Below, in pieces: positions 1 to 10,567 of a stretch of 64,000 nucleotides of DNA (its first letter is position 1; every line of letters begins with the position of its first letter). Under the pieces are notes generated by a model that had not been told where the DNA came from, ran no database searches, and saw only the letters and a list, made by a program, of their open reading frames with translations. The stretch is from positions 2,304,001 through 2,368,000 of the forward strand of contig OZ245056.1 of assembly GCA_965224705.1 (NCBI GenBank). Reading direction: 5' to 3'. The translations under genes and the position numbers were made by a program. Source of the stretch: Spirochaetaceae bacterium (lineage in GTDB: Bacteria; Spirochaetota; Spirochaetia; DSM-2461).

Positions 1-256
1 GCATATCAAGCGGGGAGGTAAGGTCTGGATCCGGGTTTTTCCCAATATCCCATACACGAAGAAACCTGCTGAGACACGGATGGGAAAAGGAAAGGGAATC
101 CCTGAGTACTGGGTAGCCGCTGTCAAACCTGGTACTGTAATGTTTGAAATCGCGGGTGTTGAGAATGATCTGGCGAAGCATGCCATGATCCTGGCTGCAA
201 GTAAGCTTCCAGTTCATACCAGATTTCTAGCCAAACGGCATTGGAGTAATGTATGA
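1..256 (+). CDS. rplP: 50S ribosomal protein L16, 5'-truncated by the window edge
   Basis: Frame from nt 2 reads [35 protein letters not shown] at 254-256 overlaps the rpmC ATG. Confidence 0.97.
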   Translation, partial: HIKRGGKVWIRVFPNIPYTKKPAETRMGKGKGIPEYWVAAVKPGTVMFEIAGVENDLAKHAMILAASKLPVHTRFLAKRHWSNV

Positions 257-453
257 AGCAAACCTTCAATGATTTAACTCTGGATGAATTGAAAGTCAAG
301 AGGGAAGAGTTGATTACCCGGATGAAGGATCTGAGATTTGAAATGGTATTGGGGCATGTGGAGAATCCTGTGGAAAAGCGCAATATTCGTCATCAGATAG
401 CTCGGTTGAATACAATGATAGGTGAGTACAAACTTGGAATCCGAAAGGCATAA
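253..453 (+). CDS. rpmC: 50S ribosomal protein L29
   Basis: IARLNT motif; lies between rplP and rpsQ. Confidence 0.96.
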   Translation: MKQTFNDLTLDELKVKREELITRMKDLRFEMVLGHVENPVEKRNIRHQIARLNTMIGEYKLGIRKA

Positions 454-457
454 CGGA

Positions 458-718
458 ATGGGATTGAAAAAAAGTAATAAGAAAATATTTACAGGAACGG
501 TTGTGAGTGACAAAATGGATAAAACGGTTACCGTCCGGGTTTCTACTCGACAGTTACACCCAATGTATAAGAAATACATCACCCGTTCCAGGAAGTATAA
601 AGCTCATGATGAAATCAATGATGCAAGAGAAGGTGATACTGTCCGCATTATTGAAAGCAGACCGGTGAGCAAAGATAAAAGATGGCGGCTTCTTGAGGTC
701 GTCGAACGTGTGAAATAG
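458..718 (+). CDS. rpsQ: 30S ribosomal protein S17
   Basis: [29 protein letters not shown] 458 chosen as the first start after the rpmC stop. Confidence 0.97.
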   Translation: MGLKKSNKKIFTGTVVSDKMDKTVTVRVSTRQLHPMYKKYITRSRKYKAHDEINDAREGDTVRIIESRPVSKDKRWRLLEVVERVK

Positions 719-728
719 GGGGGTGGCG

Positions 729-1097
729 ATGATTCAGATGCAAACTTGTATGAATGTTGCTGACAATTCTGGAGCAAAACGTGTGCAGACAATCAAAGTC
801 CTTGGCGGCAGTCATCGTCGGTATGCTGGAATCGGTGATATTGTTGTCGTGACTGTTAAGAATGCCCTGCCGAATACACCGATCAAAAAAGGCGAAATCA
901 AACGGGCCGTCGTTGTGCGAACACATAAGGAATATCGCCGGAAAGATGGAACTTATATACGATTTGATGACAATGCCTGTGTTATTGTGGACGCAGCAGG
1001 AACTCCTGTCGGCAAGCGTATATTCGGCCCTGTCGCTCGGGAACTCAGGGATTACAATCATATGAAAATTGTGTCGCTTGCTCCTGAAGTTTTGTAG
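729..1097 (+). CDS. rplN: 50S ribosomal protein L14
   Basis: [28 protein letters not shown]. Confidence 0.98.
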   Translation: MIQMQTCMNVADNSGAKRVQTIKVLGGSHRRYAGIGDIVVVTVKNALPNTPIKKGEIKRAVVVRTHKEYRRKDGTYIRFDDNACVIVDAAGTPVGKRIFGPVARELRDYNHMKIVSLAPEVL

Positions 1098-1112
1098 GAG
1101 AAATTCAACTGT

Positions 1113-1427
1113 ATGGATACAAAGACAAAGCTGAGAAAGGGCGATCAAGTTCAAATAATGAGTGGTAAGAATAGAGGAAAGAGGGGCCGTATACTGCAGA
1201 TTGATCGCAGAACTAATCGAGTAATTGTTGATGGCCAGAATATGGTTAAGAAGAATCAGAAACCGAAAAGCCAGAGCGACAAGGGCGGTATTATTGAAAT
1301 AGAAGCCCCAATCTCAGCGTCGAATGTCCAGATTTTATGCAAGAAATGTGGTGCTACACGGATCGGCTGGGAACCTGGCGATAAACTGAAAACCCGTGTT
1401 TGCAGGAAATGTGGAGAAGCTGTATAA
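1113..1427 (+). CDS. rplX: 50S ribosomal protein L24
   Basis: [17 protein letters not shown] (KOW), EAPISASNV, two CxxC pairs. Confidence 0.97.
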   Translation: MDTKTKLRKGDQVQIMSGKNRGKRGRILQIDRRTNRVIVDGQNMVKKNQKPKSQSDKGGIIEIEAPISASNVQILCKKCGATRIGWEPGDKLKTRVCRKCGEAV

Positions 1428-2281
1428 TGGCAGAAGAGAAAAAGCAGGCTGTCACGGAAGAGACTGAAGCAAAGCCGCCGACCGCAGCAAAGAAGCCGAC
1501 TGAGGCAAAGAAACAGACCGCAGAAAAAAAGTCGGCCGCAGCGAAGAAACAGACCGCAGAAAAAAAGAAAACTGAGGCAAAAAAGCCGACTGAAGCAAAG
1601 AAGCCGACCGCAGCAAAGAAACAGACCGCAGCAAAAAAGAAGGCTGAGGCAAAAAAGCCGACTGAAGTTAAGAAACAAACCAGGGCAAAAAAGCCAACCG
1701 CAGCAAAGAAGCAGGAAGCAAAAGCCGCAAGGAAATATGAACCAAGGTTAAAAGCTCGTTATCGAGATTTTATCGCAGAGAAAATACTCAAGGAATTTGA
1801 CCTGAAAAGTCCTATGCAGATTCCTGCAATTGAAAAGATAGTCGTTTCTGCTGGAGTTGGGGAGGCCATAACCAATAAAAAATTTCTGGATTCAGCTATC
1901 GCAGAAATAGAACAGATAACAGGTCAGAAGGCGCTCCGTACTCGAGCCCGTAAATCTATTGCAAATTTCAAACTTCGTGATGGAATGGAAATAGGCGGAA
2001 AAGTTACCCTCAGAGGAAACCGGATGTATGAATTTCTCGACCGTTTTTTGAACATTGCTTTGCCAAGAGTGAAGGATTTTCGTGGAGTAAGTCCAAAATC
2101 ATTTGATGGCCGGGGAAATTACAGTGTGGGAATAGATGAACAGATCATATTCCCTGAAATAGATTTTGATAAAATTGAACAGGTAAGGGGTCTTAATGTG
2201 GCCATAGTAACAACAGCACCAAACAATGAACAGGCTCTGGCACTATTGAGAGAATTCGGTATGCCTTTCAGAAAGGAGTAG
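1427..2281 (+). CDS. rplE: 50S ribosomal protein L5 with an ~100-aa N-terminal Lys/Ala-rich repeat extension
   Basis: L5 core PRLK...ITGQK...[10 protein letters not shown]...FGMPF; ATG overlaps the rplX stop (TAATG); no Met between this start and the L5 core. Confidence 0.95.
   Translation: MAEEKKQAVTEETEAKPPTAAKKPTEAKKQTAEKKSAAAKKQTAEKKKTEAKKPTEAKKPTAAKKQTAAKKKAEAKKPTEVKKQTRAKKPTAAKKQEAKAARKYEPRLKARYRDFIAEKILKEFDLKSPMQIPAIEKIVVSAGVGEAITNKKFLDSAIAEIEQITGQKALRTRARKSIANFKLRDGMEIGGKVTLRGNRMYEFLDRFLNIALPRVKDFRGVSPKSFDGRGNYSVGIDEQIIFPEIDFDKIEQVRGLNVAIVTTAPNNEQALALLREFGMPFRKE
1462..1730 (+). repeat. Imperfect 18-bp (6-aa) coding tandem repeat, (A/E)AKK(P/Q)T-type
   Basis: Repeated gcaaagaagccgac / gcaaagaaacagacc units in the rplE extension. 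Confidence 0.9.
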
Positions 2282-2284
2282 AGA

Positions 2285-2470
2285 ATGGCAAAGAAATCCA
2301 TGATAATAAAGGCATCGCGAAAACCGAAATATATGACGAGAACTGTAAGACGATGCCGAGTCTGTGGCTGTCCGCGTGGTTTCCTTAGAAAGTTTGCAAT
2401 GTGCCGGATCTGCTTCAGAAAACTTGCCAGCGAAGGCATGATCCCTGGTGTTACCAAGTCCAGCTGGTAA
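2285..2470 (+). CDS. rpsN: 30S ribosomal protein S14, short Zn-binding type Z
   Basis: 61 aa, CRVC...[13 protein letters not shown]. Confidence 0.97.
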   Translation: MAKKSMIIKASRKPKYMTRTVRRCRVCGCPRGFLRKFAMCRICFRKLASEGMIPGVTKSSW

Positions 2471-2483
2471 ATGGAGAAAATAA

Positions 2484-2882
2484 ATGAGTGTTTCTGATCC
2501 AATAGCCGATATGCTTACCAAAATCCGTAATGGTGTGGCAGCCCGGCATGAAAATGTTGATATACGAACTTCCAACTCCAAGTTTGAAATAATCAAGATA
2601 TTGAAGAATGAAGGATACATTAAAAACTTTAAAAAGATTGAACTTGATGGGAAGAGCTATATTCGAATTTCTCTTAAATATGATGATAATGAAAACCCGA
2701 TCATCCATGGCTTGAAGTCAATCTCTACTCCCGGACGAAGGATGTATTCGAGCTATAAAAACATGCCGAGGGTTTATAATGGTTATGGCTCAGTCATTGT
2801 TTCCACATCAACAGGATTCATAACCGGTAAGAAAGCTGTTGCCAGAAAAATCGGTGGTGAAATCATCTGTACGGTTTGGTGA
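2484..2882 (+). CDS. rpsH: 30S ribosomal protein S8
   Basis: [27 protein letters not shown]. Confidence 0.98.
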   Translation: MSVSDPIADMLTKIRNGVAARHENVDIRTSNSKFEIIKILKNEGYIKNFKKIELDGKSYIRISLKYDDNENPIIHGLKSISTPGRRMYSSYKNMPRVYNGYGSVIVSTSTGFITGKKAVARKIGGEIICTVW

Positions 2883-2894
2883 GGAGTTGTATTT

Positions 2895-3434
2895 ATGTCA
2901 CGAATAGGATTTCAGCCGGTGCAGGTTCCCAACGGGGTAACCGTTACATTTAACGACGGTACAATTCAGGTTAAGGGAGCAAAGGGAGAGCTTTTTCAAC
3001 GGTATTTACCTGTCGTCGATTTCAAAATGGAAGATGGTACAATCCATGTGAGCCGTAAGAATGAATCAAACCAGGTTAAGGCCCTGCATGGATTATACCG
3101 TTCTCTGCTGAGCAATATGCTGACAGGAGTGAGCCAGGGGTATTCAAAGATTCTTATGGTTAATGGTGTTGGCTACCGTGCGGAATTGCTTGGGAAGAAA
3201 TTGTTGCTTTCACTTGGTTTCTCAAACCCGGTCGAGTATATGATCCCGGAAGGTATACAGATTGAAGTTGAAAAAAATACCAGAATTACTGTAAGCGGTA
3301 TAAGTAAGGAAACTGTTGGTCAGGTGGCTGCGGAGATTCGGAAAATTCGTCCTCCTGAGCCATATAAGGGAAAGGGTATCCGCTATGAAGATGAAGTTGT
3401 TCGCCGTAAAGTCGGTAAGGCTGGAGCGAAGTAG
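2895..3434 (+). CDS. rplF: 50S ribosomal protein L6
   Basis: MSRIG, RPPEPYKGKGIRY. Confidence 0.98.
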   Translation: MSRIGFQPVQVPNGVTVTFNDGTIQVKGAKGELFQRYLPVVDFKMEDGTIHVSRKNESNQVKALHGLYRSLLSNMLTGVSQGYSKILMVNGVGYRAELLGKKLLLSLGFSNPVEYMIPEGIQIEVEKNTRITVSGISKETVGQVAAEIRKIRPPEPYKGKGIRYEDEVVRRKVGKAGAK

Positions 3435-3439
3435 GTTAC

Positions 3440-3799
3440 ATGGATAGATTAAGCGATAAACGACGGAAATTCATTCAACGGAAGAAACGTGTCCGCAAAA
3501 AGATTACCGGAACAGGCACCCGGCCCCGGTTGAGCATTTACAAAAGTCATAGGAATATAAGTGTTCAGATAATTGATGACACAACAGGCCGGACATTGGC
3601 GTCAGTTTCCACTCTGGAGAAAGAGTTTGGAGATGTGAAACACAACGTTGCAGGCGGGAAGTTTGTAGGACAGAAGATTGGAGAACGTTTACTGGCGGCT
3701 GATATTGGGGCTGTCGTATTTGATAGAAGCGGTTATATGTACCATGGTATTGTAAAAGCCGTCGCCGATGGGGCCCGTGAAGCGGGGTTGAAATTCTAG
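3440..3799 (+). CDS. rplR: 50S ribosomal protein L18
   Basis: RPRLSIYKS, FDRSGYMYHG, AREAGLKF. Confidence 0.98.
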   Translation: MDRLSDKRRKFIQRKKRVRKKITGTGTRPRLSIYKSHRNISVQIIDDTTGRTLASVSTLEKEFGDVKHNVAGGKFVGQKIGERLLAADIGAVVFDRSGYMYHGIVKAVADGAREAGLKF

Positions 3800-3807
3800 G
3801 AGTTCCC

Positions 3808-4311
3808 TTGAGAATGAATGACAGAAACGAAGAAAAAGAGTTTACGGAGAAATTGATCAGATTGAATCGTGTATCCAAGGCCGTTAAAGGGGGCAGGAAG
3901 ATGTCATTCAGTGCTCTGATGGTTGTTGGGGACGGAAATGGCCGGGTAGGATATGGATTCGGAAAAGCGAATGATGTCTCGGAAGCCATCCGTAAAAGTG
4001 TGGACAAAGCAAAGAAGAATCTGATTGTTGTGCCGATAAAAAAAACAACTCTCCCCCATGAAATTCTAGGTCAATATAAAAGTGCTTCAGTACTTTTGAA
4101 GCCGGCTGCTCCCGGTACGGGTATAATTGCCGGCGGGCCGGTGAGGGCCATCATGGAATCTGTTGGAATTCATGATGTTCTGGCCAAAAGCCTTGGTTCG
4201 AAGAATACAATGAATATTGTCAAAGGTGTGTTTGATGGTTTCCAGAATCTAATGGACGTTCGTGCTGTTGCCCAGGGACGCGGTCGGGAAATCAAGGAGA
4301 TATGGAGTTGA
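3808..4311 (+). CDS. rpsE: 30S ribosomal protein S5
   Basis: [26 protein letters not shown]; start is TTG 3808 or ATG 3814. Confidence 0.97.
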   Translation: MRMNDRNEEKEFTEKLIRLNRVSKAVKGGRKMSFSALMVVGDGNGRVGYGFGKANDVSEAIRKSVDKAKKNLIVVPIKKTTLPHEILGQYKSASVLLKPAAPGTGIIAGGPVRAIMESVGIHDVLAKSLGSKNTMNIVKGVFDGFQNLMDVRAVAQGRGREIKEIWS

Positions 4312-4313
4312 TT

Positions 4314-4508
4314 ATGGCCGGATCTAAAGGAAAAAGAATTCGCATAACACTGGTTCGCAGTCCCATTGGCAGAAAACCAGTGCAGCGTGCTACAGTGAAA
4401 GCACTGGGATTGAAAAAGATTCATTCTTCAGTTGAAAAACATGCTGTCCCATCTGTTCTTGGAATGGTTAATGCTGTTTCTCATCTTGTGAAGTCCGAGG
4501 AGCTTTAA
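4314..4508 (+). CDS. rpmD: 50S ribosomal protein L30
   Basis: ITLVRSPIG...LGLKK...VSHLV. Confidence 0.96.
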   Translation: MAGSKGKRIRITLVRSPIGRKPVQRATVKALGLKKIHSSVEKHAVPSVLGMVNAVSHLVKSEEL

Positions 4509-4511
4509 CCG

Positions 4512-4979
4512 ATGCGTATTAAACCCCTGCGGGTTCCAGCCGGTGCCAGCAAAAAGAAAAAAATTGTTGGCCGGGGCCGTTCTTCGGGTTCCGGTAAAAC
4601 AGCAGGAAGAGGCCATAAAGGACAGAAATCCCGCTCCGGGGGGGGTGTCCGGCTTGGATTTGAAGGTGGTCAAATGCCTCTGTACAGGCGTGTGGCCGCC
4701 CGAGGCTTTTCAAATCATCCCTTCAAGAAAGAGTTTGTTGTCATCAATCTGACAGGTCTGGAGAAATCATTTGTTGATGGTGACACGGTGTCTCTGGCAA
4801 CTTTGATTCAGAAAGGACTGATCAAGAAAAGTGAAACGCTGGTGAAGATTCTGGGAATGGGTGTGCTTACCCGAAAACTCACGGTTGAGATTCCAGCCGT
4901 ATCTGCTTCGGCCAGGGAGAAAATTGAAAAAGCAGGCGGCAGTGTCGCTGATGTATCAGAAGGTAGTGATGGCCGGTAA
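4512..4979 (+). CDS. rplO: 50S ribosomal protein L15
   Basis: GRGHKGQKSRSG, GFEGGQMPLYRR. Confidence 0.98.
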   Translation: MRIKPLRVPAGASKKKKIVGRGRSSGSGKTAGRGHKGQKSRSGGGVRLGFEGGQMPLYRRVAARGFSNHPFKKEFVVINLTGLEKSFVDGDTVSLATLIQKGLIKKSETLVKILGMGVLTRKLTVEIPAVSASAREKIEKAGGSVADVSEGSDGR

Positions 4980-6297
4980 TCCTGTTGCTGACATCTTTAG
5001 GATTCGAGATCTGAGGAACCGCATCCTTTTCACATTGGGTATATTGGTTGTACACCGTATAGGTTCCATTGTACCAATACCAGGCATTGATATGGGTGCT
5101 CTCAGCCGATTCTTTGGAGGAGGTGGTGGAGATAATCAGGGACTTGTGGACTTCCTCGATTTCTTCTCAGGCGGAGCCTTCAGGAATTTCTCGATTTTCA
5201 TGCTGGGTGTTATGCCATACATCACCACCAGCATCATAATGCAGGTACTTTTACTGGTTTTCCCTCGTCTTAAACGCATCAGCGAAGAAGATGGAGGGCG
5301 TAAGAAAATTCAGCGATATACTCGATATGCCACTGTGGTAGTTTGCCTGTTTCAAGGTGTTGCTCTGTTGCAGATGCCCCTGAATTATGGTGTAGTTGTG
5401 GCTGATCTGGCACGCTGGCAGTTTTTGATTATTGCCATGCTCACAACAACAGCCGGTACGGTTTTCCTGATGTGGCTGGGTGAGCAGATCAATATGAAGG
5501 GTGTAGGAAATGGCATCTCTTTGCTTATTTTTACAGGTATAGTTGCACGTATGCCCAATGCTGTTTCGGTGATGGTCAGAGAAATACGGGCACAGAATTT
5601 AAATCCGGTATTTGTAATCCTCACCTTTGTACTCTATGTGGCTGTTGTTGTTCTGGTTGTATATGAACAGCAGGGTTTGAGAAAAATACCGGTTAACTAT
5701 GCAAGCCGGATAGTTGGACGCAAGCAGTATATGGGCCAGAGTTCCTACATCCCGTTTAAGATTAATCCATCGGGTGTCATTCCGGTTATCTTTGCTTCAT
5801 CCATTCTTACTATTCCTGTACAGTTCGCCCAGGGACTGGCTTCCGGCAACAGTGTATTCTGGGGAAGAGTAGCGGTGGTCATGGATCCTTATGGTTGGAT
5901 TTACCTTCTTCTTTATACCTTGTTAATTGTTTTCTTTGCCTATTTTTATACTCAGGTATCATTGAATCCAATTGAGATCTCCAGGCAGATTCGCGAGAAT
6001 GGCGGTTCAATCCCCGGCATAAGAAGTGAGAATATGCAGGCTTATCTGACACGTATACTGAACCGTATTGTCTTGCCGGGATCTTTATTTCTGGCTATGA
6101 TCGCTTTGATCCCGTCATTATTGGTTATTGCAATTCCTGGCTTTCCCCGTCAGATGGCCTATATAATGGGTGGTACATCATTGCTGATTATGGTGGGGGT
6201 TGATCTTGATACCATGAGTCAAATTGAAGGACATCTCAAGATGCATCATCATGAGGGATTGACGAAGGGCGGTAAGCTCCGCTCAAGAAATTTATAG
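4969..6297 (+). CDS. secY: Preprotein translocase subunit SecY
   Basis: [41 protein letters not shown]; start set at ATG 4969. Confidence 0.98.
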   Translation: MAGNPVADIFRIRDLRNRILFTLGILVVHRIGSIVPIPGIDMGALSRFFGGGGGDNQGLVDFLDFFSGGAFRNFSIFMLGVMPYITTSIIMQVLLLVFPRLKRISEEDGGRKKIQRYTRYATVVVCLFQGVALLQMPLNYGVVVADLARWQFLIIAMLTTTAGTVFLMWLGEQINMKGVGNGISLLIFTGIVARMPNAVSVMVREIRAQNLNPVFVILTFVLYVAVVVLVVYEQQGLRKIPVNYASRIVGRKQYMGQSSYIPFKINPSGVIPVIFASSILTIPVQFAQGLASGNSVFWGRVAVVMDPYGWIYLLLYTLLIVFFAYFYTQVSLNPIEISRQIRENGGSIPGIRSENMQAYLTRILNRIVLPGSLFLAMIALIPSLLVIAIPGFPRQMAYIMGGTSLLIMVGVDLDTMSQIEGHLKMHHHEGLTKGGKLRSRNL

Positions 6298-6310
6298 GGG
6301 TCTGATAAAC

Positions 6311-6424
6311 ATGAAAGTAAGAGCTAGTGTCAAGCCGATTTGTGACAGGTGCAAAGTGATCTGCCGCCGGGGAGTGGTTAGAATCATTTGCAGTAATCCC
6401 AAGCACAAGCAGCGGCAAAAATAG
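6311..6424 (+). CDS. rpmJ: 50S ribosomal protein L36 (absent from the ORF track)
   Basis: Manual translation [37 protein letters not shown]. Confidence 0.97.
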   Translation: MKVRASVKPICDRCKVICRRGVVRIICSNPKHKQRQK

Positions 6425-6432
6425 GAGGATAG

Positions 6433-6798
6433 ATGACTCGTATTGCGGGTATCGATCTGCCCAATAAGAATGCTGATATTGCGTTGACGTATATTTTTGG
6501 TATCGGCCGGACATCGGCACGGCAGATTTGTGAAAAGACTGGGATCAATCCCCAGATGCGTATCAATGAACTCTCCTCAGAAGAGGTTAACAGCCTTCGG
6601 AAAGTGATTGAAAATGATTACAAGGTGGAAGGACGCCTCAGATCGGAATCAGCCTTGAATATCAAGCGTTTAATGGACATAGGCTGTTATCGCGGTCTTC
6701 GTCATAGAAAAGGTCTACCGGTTCGTGGTCAACGAACTAAAACCAATGCACGTACTCGTAAGGGCAGGGCAAGAGCTGTCGCCAGGAAAAAGAAGTAA
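6433..6798 (+). CDS. rpsM: 30S ribosomal protein S13
   Basis: [27 protein letters not shown]. Confidence 0.98.
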   Translation: MTRIAGIDLPNKNADIALTYIFGIGRTSARQICEKTGINPQMRINELSSEEVNSLRKVIENDYKVEGRLRSESALNIKRLMDIGCYRGLRHRKGLPVRGQRTKTNARTRKGRARAVARKKK

Positions 6799-6813
6799 GA
6801 CGGAGTTTGAGGT

Positions 6814-7188
6814 ATGACAAAGAAAAAAAGAGAGAAGAAAACGGTCGTTGAGGGCAATGCATACATACAGGCTACATTCAATAACACCATAGTGACAATT
6901 ACTGATTTGAAGGGCAGTACACTCGCCTGGTGCAGTTCAGGCTCACTTGGGTTTCGTGGAGGTAAGAAATCCACTCCCTATGCCGCTCAAATGACGGCTG
7001 AAACGGCTGTCGGCCGTGTCAGGGACTATGGCCTGCAGACTGTCAATATCTTTGTCAAAGGTCCGGGTATGGGCCGCGATTCTGCGATCCGTTCTTTCGG
7101 CAATCTGGGAGTAAGAGTGAGATCCATTAAGGATATAACTCCAATACCTCACAATGGCTGTCGGCCCAGGAAAAGCCGAAGGGTTTAA
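6814..7188 (+). CDS. rpsK: 30S ribosomal protein S11
   Basis: [27 protein letters not shown]. Confidence 0.98.
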   Translation: MTKKKREKKTVVEGNAYIQATFNNTIVTITDLKGSTLAWCSSGSLGFRGGKKSTPYAAQMTAETAVGRVRDYGLQTVNIFVKGPGMGRDSAIRSFGNLGVRVRSIKDITPIPHNGCRPRKSRRV

Positions 7189-7302
7189 CATATTATTCGT
7201 TGGACAGGAAGCCTGGTTTTCGAAGCATTCAATAAGCTCAAGTTGAGATGCCGTTTGATTACCGGGCGACACCGAAGACGAACATGATTAAAAGGAGCAC
7301 AA

Positions 7303-8379
7303 ATGGCAAAGAAGAATCTTCTCAAAGGTTTCAAGAGACCTAAGGGGATCACATTCGAACATGATGCAGCTGATGAAAACTATAAGAAATTCATAGCATA
7401 TCCCTTTGAGCGGGGTTACGGTACAACTATTGGTAATACTCTGCGGCGCATTCTTCTCTCATCAATACAGGGATATGCGGTATCGGCAGTTCGGATTACA
7501 TCGTTCAATTCTGAAGGAAGTCCTCATGTTGTTACGAGTGAGTTTGAACCTGTTCCGCATGTTATTGAAGATACACCTGTTATTCTCAGCAATCTGAAAT
7601 CACTCCATTTGAGCCTGGATAATGATCTTGAGGAGCAGACCATACTCCTTGAATGGAAGGGTAAGGGAGTCATCACAGGGGCCGATCTTGAAAAGGATGA
7701 TGTGATCGTTGCCAACAAGGATTTTCCTGTTTGTACTGTCATGGACGAAGGTTCCCTGGAAATTGAGGTACAGGTTAATCTTGGCAGGGGATATGTGCCT
7801 GCTGAACTGAACGAGAAATACATTGAATATGTGGGTACAATTCCTGTTGATTCCATTTTCAACCCCGTAACAAAGGTTAAATACTCTATTGAAAACACCC
7901 GTGTCGGGCAGCGTTCGGACTATGATAAACTCAATCTGGAGATATGGACCGATGGTACTGTTTCGCCTGAGGATGCCCTTGCGGAAGCCGCCAAAATTGC
8001 CAAAGATCATTTCACCATATTCATTAATTTTGATGAAGAAGATATCACTCAGGAAGCCGATGTTGATGAGGAAGAAGAGAAAATACGCATCCTTCTGGAA
8101 ACGTCGGTCGATGAACTGGAACTCTCGGTTCGCTCAAGCAATTGTTTGAAGAATGCCAGTATCAAAACAATAGGTGAATTAACCCGCCGGAGTGAAGAGG
8201 ACATTGGAAAAACTAGAAACTTTGGAAAAAAATCGCTGCAGGAAATCAGGGAAAAACTCAAAGAATGGAACCTGAGTCTGGGTATGACTGACTACAGTGT
8301 ATTGCGAAATTCAATCAAGTTTGGCAAGAAATCTACGGATGGTGATAATGATGTCGATTCAGATGGATACACAAATTGA
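7303..8379 (+). CDS. rpoA: RNA polymerase alpha subunit
   Basis: PFERGYGTTIGNTLRRILLSS, LSVRSSNCL, RNFGKKSL. Confidence 0.99.
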   Translation: MAKKNLLKGFKRPKGITFEHDAADENYKKFIAYPFERGYGTTIGNTLRRILLSSIQGYAVSAVRITSFNSEGSPHVVTSEFEPVPHVIEDTPVILSNLKSLHLSLDNDLEEQTILLEWKGKGVITGADLEKDDVIVANKDFPVCTVMDEGSLEIEVQVNLGRGYVPAELNEKYIEYVGTIPVDSIFNPVTKVKYSIENTRVGQRSDYDKLNLEIWTDGTVSPEDALAEAAKIAKDHFTIFINFDEEDITQEADVDEEEEKIRILLETSVDELELSVRSSNCLKNASIKTIGELTRRSEEDIGKTRNFGKKSLQEIREKLKEWNLSLGMTDYSVLRNSIKFGKKSTDGDNDVDSDGYTN

Positions 8380-8388
8380 GGAGCAGGT

Positions 8389-8991
8389 ATGCACAACAGA
8401 ATAGGTTTTAACCGACTTGATCGAAAATCCAGCCATCGCACAGCGCTTCATCGAAACATGGTCTCTTCTCTTATCAAGTACGAAAGAATAAAAACCACGA
8501 AGGCAAAAGCCAGGGCTGTGCGGCGGACAGCAGAGAAATTAGTAACACGTGCCAAAAAAGATTCAGTTCATAACCGCCGCATTGCGGCTAAATTTTTGTA
8601 TGAAAAAGAAGTGGTGAATAAGCTTTTTACTGAATTTGGCCCCCGGTTTTTAGATAGGCCGGGAGGGTATACCAGAATTCTGAAGTTAGGATATCGATCC
8701 GGCGATGCGGCACAAATGGTGATTCTTGAGTTTCTCCAGGCGGATGAGGAATTGATTCCTGGAGAGAATTCGAAAAAATCAAAAACTGTTGATAAGAAAT
8801 CATCAAAGAGGAGGAGTGATACTGCCGGAAACCGTGCGGAAACCGATGCCAGGGCAGAGGAAACCTCCAGGGATCAAAGCCAGGAGGTATCGGAGGCACC
8901 GGAAGCACCAGAAAATGATTCTCTCGAAGATGTGCCTGCTGCAGATGAAGCAGAGAAGCATTCCTCAGTCGAGGATCCTGAGGGCACGTAG
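8389..8991 (+). CDS. rplQ: 50S ribosomal protein L17 with an ~80-aa charged C-terminal tail
   Basis: [20 protein letters not shown]. Confidence 0.97.
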   Translation: MHNRIGFNRLDRKSSHRTALHRNMVSSLIKYERIKTTKAKARAVRRTAEKLVTRAKKDSVHNRRIAAKFLYEKEVVNKLFTEFGPRFLDRPGGYTRILKLGYRSGDAAQMVILEFLQADEELIPGENSKKSKTVDKKSSKRRSDTAGNRAETDARAEETSRDQSQEVSEAPEAPENDSLEDVPAADEAEKHSSVEDPEGT

Positions 8992-8999
8992 GGATTACT

Positions 9000-9596
9000 T
9001 CAAGAATTAATCGTGATTATTGAATCATGCAGATCAAGCATGGCATTGATAGGACAGATTTTTTCATACTTTGGGATGTCATCAGGGCTGATGTAGGAAG
9101 TCTGGATTCGCCCTGTTTCCAATAAATGGTGCCGTCGAGTTCCCATTAGTAGAGGCTGAGTTGGTGTCCACCACAATCTGCCGTCAAAAAAAGCAGCATT
9201 CGCAAAGGTAAAATCTGTTACATATCCATTACTGATGATTAGAGCTGTATCGGCCCCTGCCTTTCGGGCTGTTTGATTGAGTTTTTCCAGTTCCATTCTA
9301 TCGGCCCATTTGTAGGTGTAGTCAATTCCTCTTCCATCAACCAGACTGGCAGTTTTCAAGGATGCTTGTTTATATGGCATGCATTCTACATGATGTATTA
9401 CCCTGTTATACAGAATTCTTATCTTCCATATACCGGACCCCGGTTCAGGTTTTATACGTTGAACTGCATGGTTGATGTTCAATTCTTCCTGAATTCCCCA
9501 CAAAGTGAATCGGCTGATGTTGATTCGATTCTGGTGCAATTCCAGATTATTGACCACACCATCATCCACGCGGATTGATTCAAGAAGAAGGGACAT
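9000..9596 (-). CDS. pabC: Aminotransferase class IV, 4-amino-4-deoxychorismate lyase-like
   Basis: LLESIR...HQNR, YKWADR, PLLMGTRR, INAM; overlaps the pabB end; start set at MSLLLES. Confidence 0.8.
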   Translation of the reverse strand: MSLLLESIRVDDGVVNNLELHQNRINISRFTLWGIQEELNINHAVQRIKPEPGSGIWKIRILYNRVIHHVECMPYKQASLKTASLVDGRGIDYTYKWADRMELEKLNQTARKAGADTALIISNGYVTDFTFANAAFFDGRLWWTPTQPLLMGTRRHHLLETGRIQTSYISPDDIPKYEKICPINAMLDLHDSIITINS

Positions 9597-10557
9597 ATAT
9601 TTTATCCATGAGTTCAGAATACTCGCTGTCCACATCACTGTTAATCGTGATACCGCCGCCGCTGTGAAATACCATATTCCCCCGGGAGTCCTGTTCGATG
9701 AATCTAATTGAAACAGCACTATCCAATTCCCAGCCATTGAAATAACCAAAAACACCACTGTACCAGCCCCGTTCGTGATTCTCAGCTTCCCGGATGATTT
9801 CTCCAGTTCGTTTTTTGGGAGCACCGGTTACAGAACCAGCCGGAAGGAGCAAGGCCATGATCTCACCCACACGATTCTTCCAGTTGGATTCAAGTGTTCC
9901 AGTGATTTCAGAACTCACCTGAAGTATGTCCGTTCCTCCCGTAAACAATTGAGTGATGAATCGGAAGTCAGGTACCGTTACATTGCGGGCAACCATACCC
10001 AGGTCGTTGCGGAGGAGGTCTACAATAGTGTTGTGTTCGGCCGTTTCCTTGAAGTCGGCAAGGATCATTCTTTCTGCATCAGGAACGTCGGCCCTGATGG
10101 TGCCTTTCATCGGATAGGTTGAGATTTTTCCATCCGAACGTATATGTATGAAACGTTCCGGGGAAAACACAACCATTGCATCGGGAATTAAAAGCCGGAA
10201 TTTCGCATGAGCAGTGTTAAATACTTCCTGAAGGGAGGCATTTGTTTTTACCATGGATGGAAAAGTAAGATTGGCCAGCCAGGTTTCCCCCCGAAGTTGA
10301 TGACGGCGAATAACCTGGAATCCCTGTGAGTAGCATTTGTAACAGACGGGTAGTACCTGTAAACTGACTTTTTTCCTTGCTGACTGAACAGGGGGAGCAT
10401 TACCAGTTCCATCAAGAGACCATTGAATTCCATACTCATTCATTCTGCAAGATTCAATCACGACCCAGTGACGGGCCCAGGCATCGACCATAAAAAAGAA
10501 TTCTCTGCCCTGTGAAGCCAGTACATCCATTGTCTGCGGTCCCAGAATTCCATCCAT
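9580..10557 (-). CDS. pabB: Aminodeoxychorismate synthase component I (short form)
   Basis: SPERF, YPMKGT, EHNTIVDLLRNDL, PAGSVTGAPK, SGGGIT; start uncertain. Confidence 0.88.
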   Translation of the reverse strand: MDGILGPQTMDVLASQGREFFFMVDAWARHWVVIESCRMNEYGIQWSLDGTGNAPPVQSARKKVSLQVLPVCYKCYSQGFQVIRRHQLRGETWLANLTFPSMVKTNASLQEVFNTAHAKFRLLIPDAMVVFSPERFIHIRSDGKISTYPMKGTIRADVPDAERMILADFKETAEHNTIVDLLRNDLGMVARNVTVPDFRFITQLFTGGTDILQVSSEITGTLESNWKNRVGEIMALLLPAGSVTGAPKKRTGEIIREAENHERGWYSGVFGYFNGWELDSAVSIRFIEQDSRGNMVFHSGGGITINSDVDSEYSELMDKIYVPSS

Positions 10558-10567
10558 TACCGGCCAT

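Noticed and set aside
7189..7302. rpsD missing between rpsK and rpoA; adk, map and infA missing after secY
   Set aside because: This arrangement is usual for Borrelia/Treponema-type spirochaetes, and I see no rpsD remnant.
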